64,000 nucleotides of DNA from Octopus bimaculoides (lineage: Eukaryota): assembly GCF_001194135.2 (NCBI RefSeq), contig NC_068990.1:29591777-29655776 (forward strand), written 5' to 3'. Numbering within the stretch: the first letter of the stretch is position 1; the number at the start of each line of letters is the position of its first letter. The position numbers and the translations under genes were made by a program. Below the pieces are notes generated by a model. The model saw only the letters and a list, made by a program, of their open reading frames with translations. It did not search any database and was not told the DNA's origin. Below are positions 1 to 11,213 of the stretch, in pieces.

Positions 1-499
1 TATGCTTGCATGAGTCAGACAGAATTCATTGAAGTAGATTTGCTACAGCCAGATACCCTTCCTTTTGCCAACCCTCACCTGTTTCCAAGCTAGGTAATAT
101 CCCCCAACTCCACCCCCATGGCCAGACAACCAGTGGTTAGGGCAACAGACTCGCGGTCGTGGGATCACGGTTTTGATTCCCAGACCGAGTGTTGTGAATG
201 TTTATTGAGCGAAAACACCAAGCTGCCCGAGGCTCCGGCATGGGACGGTGGCAAACCCTGCTGTACTCTTTCACCACAACTTTCTCTCACTCTTTCTTCC
301 TGTTTCTCTTGTCTAAATATTCCACCTGTTTTATGGTCACACCAGCCAGATCCAGCCCCTCACACCTACCCTACAATGTCATTCTAAAAATAAATCTCAG
401 AGCCATGAAATAATTCATGATTCATTCAAAACAATAAGAATGAATAAGCATTACATTTGACTGAGTATTTTACTAATTTTTCTTAATCTTCCGCTGCAG

Positions 500-624
500 A
501 TTGTTGTTCCAGCTCTCCCCAGAAAAGCATGGGAAAGGCAGTTACCATTCCGTGCAGATGATGGTATTTTTGAATCGGATTTTATTGAAGAAAGAAGAGA
601 AGGCCTAGAATCATTCATAAACAA
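500..624 (+). CDS. SNX3: Sorting nexin 3/12 (PX domain), internal exon
   Basis: Flanked by ctgcag and gtaag. Translates IVVPALPRKAWERQLPFRADDGIFESDFIEERREGLESFINK, matching the SNX3/SNX12 signature LPxKAxxRQLPFRxDDGIFxxxFIEERxxGLExFINK. Ends in phase 2. Upstream exons lie outside the window. Confidence 0.95.
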
Positions 625-1058
625 GTAAGAATATTCATCTCTTTTCTTTCTTCTTTCTTTTTTTTTTTTCTTAGTTGTATGCCACATTTAAGTTATATGC
701 AGCATATTGTCAACATCATTTTCTGTGGCCTTGTCCATATTTTCCTGTCATCATGAATTGGTTGAGCCTGCAATAATATTATCTCATGCCTTTTATCAGC
801 ATCAGTTTTCATCATCACTGCTTTAACATCCACTTTTCCATGCCTGCATGGGTCGGATGGAAATCATATTGAGGTAGATTTTCTACAGCTGGTGGCCCTT
901 CCTATTGGCAACCCTTACCTCTTCCCAAGAAAATATTTCCCCATGGCCAGACATGTTGTAGAATATTGGAAAGGAATGAGGATTCTGCTTATAGGACAGT
1001 GGCAACCATTTACAACTACTACACTGTGAAGGCAAACAAACAAACAAACACATATGTT

Positions 1059-1062
<4 letters not shown>

Positions 1063-1140
<78 letters not shown>
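1063..1140. repeat. (TG)n microsatellite (representative of dozens of CA/TA/AAT/CAT tracts)
   Basis: Perfect dinucleotide run. Others include 8031-8116 (CA), about 53207-53280 (TA) and 41930-42030 (TAT/CAT/CAC). These runs generate most of the low-complexity ORFs in the supplied track. Confidence 0.98.
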
Positions 1141-1144
<4 letters not shown>

Positions 1145-3648
1145 AATCCAAAAAAAAGCAAAGAACAAATACAAAAACACAACACCATAAGGATGTGGTA
1201 CAAGTAAAGTATTAGCAAACATTCAAGGAAGGAAAGAAAGGTGGTTTTACGTTTCGAGCAAAGCTCTTCTTCAGAAACAGGAGACGGAGGAAAGTCTAAT
1301 AGAGAAGGATGACGGAGGAAAAAAAATTGCCAACGATTCACATGTGGTTACATTTTGAAATGACCAGAAGGGAATATCATCATCATCATCATCATCGTTT
1401 AATGTCTACTTTCCATGCTGGCATGGGTTGGACGGTTTGACTGAGGACTGGTGAGCCAGAAGGCTGCACCAGGTTCCAATCTGATCTGGCAAAGTTTCTA
1501 CAGCTGAATGCCCTTCGTAATGCCAACTATTCTGAGAGTGTAGTGGGTCCTTTTACGTGCCACCAGAACGAGGGCCAGTCAGGCAGTACTGGCATCAACC
1601 ACACTCAAATGTTATTTTTCACATGCCACCGGCACGTGTGCTGGTAAGGCGACACTGGCAACAATCACACTCAAATGGTGCTTTTTACGTGCCACTGGCA
1701 CAGGAGCCAATCCATGGCCCTGGCAATGATCATGCTCAGATGTGCTTTTAACATTCCACTGGCACNNNNNNNNNNTATATATATATATATATATATGAAT
1801 TAAATATTTCCTTCTCAAGGCATGCCAGGTTCATGAGGGCCAGTTTCCTGGCTTCAGTGTCGTATAAATTCCCCCACCTGGATGGGACGCCAGTCCAGTC
1901 ACAGGATGACTCACTTTTACCTGGTGAGTGGACTGCAGCAACATGAAATGAAGTATTTTGCTCAAGGACACAACACATCACCTGGTCCAGGAATCCAAGC
2001 CCCTAACCACTAAGCGACATACCTCCATCTCATCATCATCATTTAACGTCTGTTGTCCATGCTGGCATGTTGGAAGGCTGCACCAGGATCCAGTGAATTT
2101 GGCATGGTTTTCTACAGCTGGGTGCCCTTTCTAATGCCAACCACTCCGAGAGTGTAATGGGTGCTTTTACATACCACCAGCACGAGTGCCATTTGCGTGA
2201 CACTGGTATCTGCTATGAGTGCGATTTTGCTTGGCTTGATGGGTCTTCTTCTCAAGCACGACATAATGCCAAAGGTCCCAGTCATTGCCTCCGTAAGGCC
2301 CATCCCATGGCACGTAAATAGCACCCACTACACTCTCAGAATGGTTGGCATTAGGAAGGGCATCCAGCTGTAGAAGAAACCTTCCCAAATCAGATTGGAG
2401 CTTGGTGCAGCCTCCTGGCTTCCCAGTCCTCAGTCAAACCATCCAACCCATGCCAGCATGGAAAACGGCAATCCCACCCATGCTTGCATGGAAGGTGGAC
2501 GTTAAACGATGATGATGATGATATAAATATTATTTGTATGAATGTCCATCTGACCCATGCAAGCATGGATAAGTAGACATTAGATTATGATGATGATGGT
2601 GATTATAGAAAGAGCTTTTGGCCTGTCTGTTTCCATGTGCAAACATCACGATAGTCTTTTATAAACCACAAATCTTTTGAAAAACTGGAATCAGTCTTTT
2701 ATAGATGGTTTGGAGACTGTTTGTGTACCACTACTTTTGTAATGGTTTTTATCTTATATGTTTCCTATTCGGAAATAGATAATAAATATATTTTACTTTT
2801 GAAGTAGGAATCTATATTGATAAAGATGTCACTTATAACTTACTTATAAGTGTTATCATTATACGTAAATCCTGACTCCAGCTACATAAACGCCATAGCA
2901 AGAAATATATACTCTGAAATGCTAACAGACATTTTATGCGTGCATGTATGTTGAAGATAAATAAATTTGTGTTCTTTTAACTGCTATAAAAAAATACAGT
3001 TTCATAATTGCAGAAATAAATTTCATTAACAAGTTGAAGAATGTGAAGAAAGAGAAAATAATTACTACATTAGTTTATTTATGTACATTTAGCATTTATA
3101 ATACAATTGGAAAGTAAAGTCATTTTGTCATAGAAAATTACAACTTAAAATTCACACTAAGCTAATCCTTCATACTAACTATTAGAGTTCACAACAATTC
3201 AAATAAGTCTTGTTGGATTTAGGTCATAGACATGGCATAAAAAATAGCCAATATCTCAAGGAGTGAATGTTGTGGAGTTTAGTAACATCCTACAAACACT
3301 GAGTAATTTCCCCAAAAAATCAGCAGTTTTTATAACTGCTCATATCTGAATTCTAAGAACTGTATTTCGTGAAAGAATTCTTTGACAAAAGTTTAGAATT
3401 CGTATATGGGCAGTAATTTTAACCAATGGGATTACCAACAATTATGCTTGTTCGGGCAAACGACCATTACGTCATATTGCCACCTTTTTTCACTTGCTAC
3501 AAGTCTAAAAATATTTTCATTAAAGGTAAACTAAAGTTTGCTTTACTCAATTTTCTTTCTAATGCCATTTTTGTTGTTTCTTGAAATCAAAACTGATTTA
3601 CATTCGTAATTTTTTAATTACAAAATTTTTTTCTTTTGTCTCTTCCAG

Positions 3649-3676
3649 GGTTGCTGGTCATCCATTAGCACAAAAT
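3649..3676 (+). CDS. SNX3: Sorting nexin 3/12, start of probable last coding exon (truncated by N-gap)
   Basis: Polypyrimidine tract plus ttccag. AA+G completes K, then VAGHPLAQN, the conserved SNX3 motif. The sequence runs into the gap at 3677-4315. Confidence 0.93.
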
Positions 3677-4315
3677 NNNNNNNNNNNNNNNNNNNNNNNN
3701 NNNNNNNNNNNNNNNNNNNNNNNNNNNNNNNNNNNNNNNNNNNNNNNNNNNNNNNNNNNNNNNNNNNNNNNNNNNNNNNNNNNNNNNNNNNNNNNNNNNN
3801 NNNNNNNNNNNNNNNNNNNNNNNNNNNNNNNNNNNNNNNNNNNNNNNNNNNNNNNNNNNNNNNNNNNNNNNNNNNNNNNNNNNNNNNNNNNNNNNNNNNN
3901 NNNNNNNNNNNNNNNNNNNNNNNNNNNNNNNNNNNNNNNNNNNNNNNNNNNNNNNNNNNNNNNNNNNNNNNNNNNNNNNNNNNNNNNNNNNNNNNNNNNN
4001 NNNNNNNNNNNNNNNNNNNNNNNNNNNNNNNNNNNNNNNNNNNNNNNNNNNNNNNNNNNNNNNNNNNNNNNNNNNNNNNNNNNNNNNNNNNNNNNNNNNN
4101 NNNNNNNNNNNNNNNNNNNNNNNNNNNNNNNNNNNNNNNNNNNNNNNNNNNNNNNNNNNNNNNNNNNNNNNNNNNNNNNNNNNNNNNNNNNNNNNNNNNN
4201 NNNNNNNNNNNNNNNNNNNNNNNNNNNNNNNNNNNNNNNNNNNNNNNNNNNNNNNNNNNNNNNNNNNNNNNNNNNNNNNNNNNNNNNNNNNNNNNNNNNN
4301 NNNNNNNNNNNNNNN
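3677..4315. other. Assembly gap (N run)
   Basis: Ns. Other large gaps are at 22192-22511, 38512-38974, about 47996-48816 and 51212-51311. Confidence 0.99.
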
Positions 4316-4357
<42 letters not shown>

Positions 4358-5059
4358 CAGCTGTTGGGCCACTTTTGATTAATGCTTCGTACTGTTCCCT
4401 CAATTTAACAATAATATGATTTTTTTAAATGGAGATTATTAAAAAAAAATAAAAATTTAGTTATTTACAAAAAAAAATACATTGTTTACATCGACTTATT
4501 GTGTTAAATCGTCATCATCACTGTTGTTTGTGATTTGTTCTTCAATTTTTCCCAATTATAATATTTTATTTTCTTTAATTATAACAACCAATTTACTATT
4601 TACTGTTTTGTAAAATTGTTTCCAGCCTATTTGCTTTTCTGTTTGACAACAAGATAAATTTTAGTTTCTTCGTTTTAATTTACTCCAGAAATGCTAAATT
4701 CGTTCAAGGCGGAAGTATGACTGTGTAGTAAGAAGTTTGCTTCCAAACCATGCAATTCCAGGTTCAATCCAACCTTGTGAAACTATTATAATTATTCATC
4801 ATCATCATCATCATCATCATTATTATTATTAGTTTATTAAGGTTGTGAGCTGGCAGAGTCGTCAGCACTCTGGGAAAAATGCTTAGAGACATTTTGTCCG
4901 TCTTTACATTCTGAGTTCAAATTCTGCCAAGGTCTACTTTGTCTTTCATCCTTTTAGGGTTGATAAAATAAGTACCAGTTATACACTGGTCAGTGTAATT
5001 GATTTCCCCCTCTCCTATCAAATTTACTGGCTTTGTGCCAAAATTTGGAACTGTTATTA

Positions 5060-5675
5060 TTAAATGCTGACCATGTGACTGGACGAGAAACCAATCACAA
5101 GTATTGCTGGATTTAACTCTCTCGGCACCAAAATACAATGGATGGAGACTGCATTCATTCATGAAATAAATATAAGAATCAGCAAAGCCAACCAATCATT
5201 CAGTGTGTGGAATATGGAAATCATCGATTCTCAACAAGAGCACCAAAATAGGGTTCTACAAAAGCAACATACATAGTACTTTCCTCTAGGGATCTGAATG
5301 TTGCAAAACAACCAAAAGTAAAGAAAAGAAATTGGAAGGGTTTCAAAATAAATGTCTGTGGAAAATTTTGAAGGTCTACTGGCCGAATATGGTCTTGACC
5401 AGCCAACTACACACCAAGGCTAACATGAAACCAATTAGAGAAACTATTGAAGCAAGGAAATGGAAATGGCTGGGTTGAGTTTGTCGCTATAAATCGAACC
5501 CAATTGTCAGGATCACAAAGTAAAAGAAGACATGGCTGACCAAAGGAAACATGGCGGAGAACAATAACAAAAGATCTTAAAAGCAGAAGGGTTAACAAGA
5601 ATGTCAAGGATGCTTTCAGTGTTAGAAGGTAGAATGATCTTGGTGTCACCTCAAGTGCCACAAGGCACATTGAGA
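5060..5675 (+). mobile_element. Decayed RTE-clade LINE, 3' fragment
   Basis: Frameshifted translation gives IWKSSILNKSTKIGFYKSN..*GSECCKTT..KLEGFQNKCLWKILKVYWPN..RKWKWLG*VCR..RPKETWRRT, typical of the post-RT region of RTE LINEs. Contains stops. Confidence 0.8.
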
Positions 5676-5885
5676 ACTGAATTATTATTCAGGTGGTGAT
5701 CTAGCAGAACCATTAGCATGCCAGACAAAATGCTTAGCAACATTTTGTCCACCTTTGTGTTCTGGATTCAAATTCTGCCAACGTCAACTTTGCCTTCCAT
5801 TCTTTCAGGGACAATAAAATGAGAATCACATGAGCATTGGGGTTGATCTAATCGATTATCATTTCCCCTAAAATTTCAGACCTTG

Positions 5886-6296
5886 TGCCTTCGTTAGCAA
5901 AGGCAGAAGTATTGTTTTCAGTGGTGTTTGTTTGCTTGTCCGTGGACAAGATCTTTCAAGAACCGCTGGATGGATTCGGATGAAACTTTCAGGGATGATT
6001 GACCTCATGACTGGCACAAACTGTGCCACACAGCATTACAAACATAGCCCGCATACCCACCTTCACATTCCATGACAACCACTGGGATTGATCTGGTACT
6101 GGACAAGGATTCTGGATTATTTTACCTGTTTTTTCACTTAATTTTTGAGAGCGGTCGGGTTCTTTCTTTGTATTCTCACTTGTGAGAGCAGTCGAGTTTA
6201 TTTCAGATATTCTCATTTTAAAAATCATCTCCAGCTAATCGTTGAGAGGACATTGGTGTTGCCTTGGCGGAGGTTTGCGCTCTCTGAGTGCTCGTT
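5886..6296 (+). mobile_element. Non-autonomous element with subterminal repeat and 3' hairpin (Helentron/HINE-like)
   Basis: Ends in CCTTGGCGGAGG followed by the hairpin GCGCTC-tct-GAGTGC. A second partial copy lies on the minus strand at 9313-9485. The family assignment is inferred from structure. Confidence 0.55.
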
Positions 6297-6297
6297 A

Positions 6298-6353
<56 letters not shown>

Positions 6354-7717
6354 GGTGGCAAGCTGACAGAATTGTTGGTGCATCAGACAAGATGCATTGC
6401 AGCATTTTTTTCTGGCTCTGTACGTCCTGAATTCAAATTCTGCCATGGTTGACTTTGTCTTTCATCCTTTTGGGAGTCAGTAAAATAAAGCATGAGTCAA
6501 ATATTCTTTTCTACTCTAGGCACAAGGCCTGAAATTTTGGGGGAGGGAGCCAGTCAATTAGATCAACCTCAGTATGCAACTGGTACTTAATTTATCGACC
6601 CCAAAAGGATGAAAGGCAAAGTCAAACTCGGTGGAATTTGAACTCAGAACATAAAGACAGACAAAATACTGCTAAGCATTTTGCCCGGCGTGCTAACGTT
6701 TCTGCCAGCTCGCCACCTTAAAGCAGGAGTCAAATACTGGAGTCAATGTAATCAAGCTGCACTCTCCTCCTCCTTCTCCTTTATAATTGCTGGCTTTGTG
6801 CAAAAATCAGAATTCTTAAGAGAAATTCATTAAGCACTAAAAATAAAAGTTGCTAAATATTCAGTAGCATGTTGGTTGTTCCATATTGAATCAATTTGAG
6901 TTAGAATTCTCTTTTATCAAGAGAAAAATGGCTGCTAATACAGAACAGCTGTCAATTTGGTGAAGAAATTTATACACAGTTAATTTCAAACACACACATG
7001 CACACACACACACATACACACACACACACACATTGAGATGTGTTTTAATTGATTTTTATCTGTTTTTATTGTTTAAAAACTTGAAAGCTTAATAAAAAGC
7101 AACTTCCCCACTTTGTGCCCTGACATGATATTTATAACCTGCTGCTTCAGCTGGTTATGAAAGAAATACGTAAGAAAAATCTAAGTGTTCCTTGTAATTT
7201 AATTTTTTTCTAGCTGCACACACACCTGATAAAAATACCTGGTTTCTTGCATCCTGTTAATTAAACCTATTCCGATGCAGACCACAACCAGTCTCAGGGG
7301 ATTTTGCTTAATCTAATCCATACATCATCATCATCATCGTTTAACGTCCACTTTCCATGCTAGCATGGGTTAGGCAATTTGACTGAGGGCTGGTGAACCA
7401 GAGGGCTACACCAGGCTCCAATCTGATTTAGCAGAGTTTCTACAGCTGGATGCCCTTCCTAACGCCAACCACTCCGAGAATGTAGTGAGTGTTTTACGTG
7501 CCACCGGCACGAGGTACAGTCAGGCGGTACTGGCGACAGCCATGCTCGAAATGGTGTATTTTACGTGCCACCTGCACAGGAACCAGTCCATCGGCACTGG
7601 CAACGATCTCGCTTGAATGTCTTTTCACGTGCCACTGGCACAAGAGCCAGGAAGGCGACGTTGGTTACGATCACGCTGGTGCTATTTACGTGCCGCACTG
7701 GTAAAATTCAGATTGAA

Positions 7718-7932
7718 TCCTTTAGCATTTAAATTACTCTGTCAAATATAATTCTTATTCACATTGTTTTCAATTAATCATGTATTACCTTGTAACTTTG
7801 AAATTTTAATGTTGTAATTGTTTATTTTTAGAATGACATTGTAGGATAGGTGTGAGAGGTCAGATGTGGCCAGTCAGAACATAAATCAGGTAGAAATTCA
7901 GGCTGGATGTGGTTGGATTAAATGCTGAAGGG
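7718..7932. mobile_element. MITE with CCCTTTAGCATTTA-type TIRs (piggyBac-like)
   Basis: Left end TCCTTTAGCATTTA versus reverse complement of right end CCCTTCAGCATTTA (12/14 match). The TTAA TSD is not preserved. Confidence 0.55.
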
Positions 7933-8024
7933 AGCAGAGTTTGCAGTTACTTTATGTAAATGTTTTTTCTTTAAAATAATGTGATTACAAGTTTATTAAA
8001 TATCCTCTGGTTATTCAACTTATT

Positions 8025-8118
<94 letters not shown>

Positions 8119-9312
8119 TTCTCTGTTGGACAAGAACAATGGATACTTGACTGGCTCTCCATCGGTTACGAAGACATCTGTTCCAGTTGATCTGGAACAG
8201 CTTCCTCATGAAATTAACTTGCAAGTGGCTGAGCGCTCCACAGATATGCGTCCCCTTAACATAGTTCTCAGGGAGATTCAGTGTGACATGTGACAAGGCT
8301 GGCCCCTTTGTATTACAGGTACAACTCCTGCCAGTTGAACTGGAGCAACATGAAATAAAGTATCTTGCTCAAGGGCACTGCTGGAGATTGAACTCTCAAC
8401 CTTACTATTGTGAGCCAAATACTCTTACCACTAAGCTATGTGTCTTCACCAGGGACACCTAAAAAACACTCAGCTTCACGACAAAGGGATCTCTCTCTCT
8501 GAAGATCTCTGATGGCAATCCCTCATCTATAACGTACCCAAAGCAACACCCCAAACACTAAGATTCTTTGTTCTAGTCAGAAAATATGCTTCCCTGGTTA
8601 GTTGTTGATCTTCTGCATGGCCCCACTGCAACCCCATATTAAAGTATTTCTCACCCATCTGTAACCGTGCTGCTGTCGCACACAAACCTTTGGGACCACA
8701 TTCAGCTGGTTCTCAACCATTTTAATATCCCGGTCAGATCCAAAAACCTGGATTTTTTTTAGGGAGTCAAACAAAAAAAAGTAAAACAAATCAATTAAAG
8801 AAAAATTTATATTTAGAGAGGAAAGCCCATTAAGAGCCACACGAGGCCCAGAGATCCACAGTATAAACTCTAAACTTCTTGTGTCATTGCTATATTGATC
8901 TTTACTCTGCTCCTCTCAACTAGAAAGCTACATCCATCATCCAGTCTTCAGCAGTCATCATTGTCTCTATTTTTTCTGTTTCTTTTATTTATTTTTTTAT
9001 TTTTTATTTTTTTGTCATTCTTACTGTATTTCATGTCACAAATCCTGTATTTAATATTTTACCTTAATTGTTCCCTGTCAGAACTGCAACCCTCAAATAT
9101 TTCTTTAAACCCCACCCCCANNNNNNNNNNNNNNNNNNNNNNNNNNNNNNNNNNNNNNNNNNNNNNNNNNNNNNNNNNNNNNNNNNNNNNNNNNNNNNNN
9201 NNNNNNNNNNATTGATTATCAATCACTTTGATCTCATCTGAGGAATGGTTTATCAAAGTCATGGACACTGTTTTTTCCGCTACTAAGTTGTTAATAATAA
9301 TAATAATAATAA

Positions 9313-9485
9313 TAACAAGAGCACTCAGAGAGCGCAAACTTCCATCAAGGCAACACCAATGTCCTCTCAACGATTAGCCTGAGATGATTTTTAATATGAG
9401 AATGTCTGAAATAGACTCGACTGTTCTCACAAACGAGAACACTAAAAATGAACCTGACTGTTCTCAAAAATTAAGTAAAAAAACT
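9313..9485 (-). mobile_element. Second (3' partial) copy of the HINE-like element
   Basis: Reverse complement of about 6130-6296. Confidence 0.7.
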
Positions 9486-10589
9486 GAAAAGATGAGGGGC
9501 AAAGATGATTTGGGTGGTATTTGAACTCAGAGCATTTTGTCTGATGTGCTAATGACTCCACTTGCCACCTTAAATGATGATAATGATCCGTTTTACTGTA
9601 GTCACAAGGCCTGAAATTTCGTGGGAGGCAGGGACAGTCAATTAGATCAACCCCAGTACTCAACTGGTACTTAATTTATCAACTCCGAAAGGATGAAAGA
9701 TAAAGTCGACCTCTTTGGAATTTGAACTCAGGAGGTCAAAGCAGACAAAATACTGCTAAGCATTTCGCCCAGTGTGCTAACAATTCTGCCAGCTCACTGC
9801 CTTGATAATAATAATAATAGTAAAAACGGTTTCAAATTCTGGCACAAGGCCAGCAACTTCAGAGGAGTGTCCAAGTTGATTACATCGACACCCAGTACTC
9901 AACTGGTACTTATTTTGTCTATCCCGAAAGGATGAAAGGTTAAGTTAACCTTGGCAGAATTTGAACTCAGAACGTAAAGGATAGACGAAATGCTACTAAG
10001 CATTTTGCTCAGCATGCTAATGGTTCTGCTAGCTCAGCCCCTTAATAATCCTTTGTGTTATAGGCACAAGGCCTGAAATTTGGGGGAGGGGGATGTTCGA
10101 TTACATCGACCCCAGTGTTTCACTGGTACTTAATTTATCGACCCCGAAAGGATGAAAGGTAAAAATCGACCTTGGCAGCATTTGAACTCAGAACATAAAG
10201 TCAGAAGAAATGCTCCTAAACATTATGTCCGGTGCAGTAACAATTCTGCGAGCTTGCCATCATCATCATCATCATTTAACATCCATTTTCTATGCTAGCA
10301 TGGGTTGGACGGTTTGACTCCGATCTGCAAAGCCAGCGGCAGCACCAGGCTCCAATATGATTTGGCATGGTTCCATTGGCTGGATGCCTTTCTTAACGCC
10401 AACCACTCTGAGAGTGTAGTGGGTCCGTTTTACGTACCACCAGCACAGGAACCAGTCAGGTGGGCCTGACATCGATCATGTTTGGATAGTGCTTTCTACA
10501 TGCCACCGGCATGGGAGCCAGTCAGTGGGTACTGGCATTGGCCATATGCAGATGGTGCTTTTTACATGCCACCAACACAGAAGCCATAT

Positions 10590-10940
10590 GTTGAACTTTG
10601 ATTTCAAGAGAAGTCTAAGGCACATAAAATATGCAGTGATGACCTTGTCTTTCATTTCTCTGTGCAAGATATTGTCCAGCTCCAGGACCCCAAAGTAATT
10701 ATACCTGTCATCATCTGGGTCTTCCATTCTCTCTCCGTTTGGCAATTCTATGCCCCTACAATTTACTCTTTTCTCCCACTTCAAAGTGAGCACTGCACAC
10801 TTCGAGATACCGAATTCCATCTTTATATCCTTGCTGCACATCTGCGCAATTTTAACCAGCTTCTCCATTTCAGGCTCTGTTTTCGCAAACAATTTTAAAT
10901 CATCCATGAAGAGGTGGTTGAGACAAGGTCTGTTCTTTTA
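10590..10940 (-). mobile_element. Non-LTR reverse transcriptase fragment (R4/Dong-like)
   Basis: NHLFMDDLKLFAK..SKDIKMEFGISKCA..YNYFGVLE..LRLLLKSKFN covers RT domains 5-7. Truncated at both ends and joined to a SINE. Confidence 0.75.
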
Positions 10941-11179
10941 AGACGAGGTCCTATTATTAAGATGGCAAGCTGGCAGAATCATTAGCGTGCTGGACGAAAT
11001 GCTTAGCAGAATTTCACCTGTCACTACGTTCTGAGTTCAAATTCCACCGAGGTCAACTTTGCCTTTCATCCTTTCAGGGTCAATTAAATAAGTACCAGTT
11101 ACAAACTGGAGTTGATATAATCAACTTAATCCCTTCCCCCAAATTTGTGGCCCTGTGCTTCCAGGAGAAAGGTTTGTTT

Positions 11180-11213
<34 letters not shown>

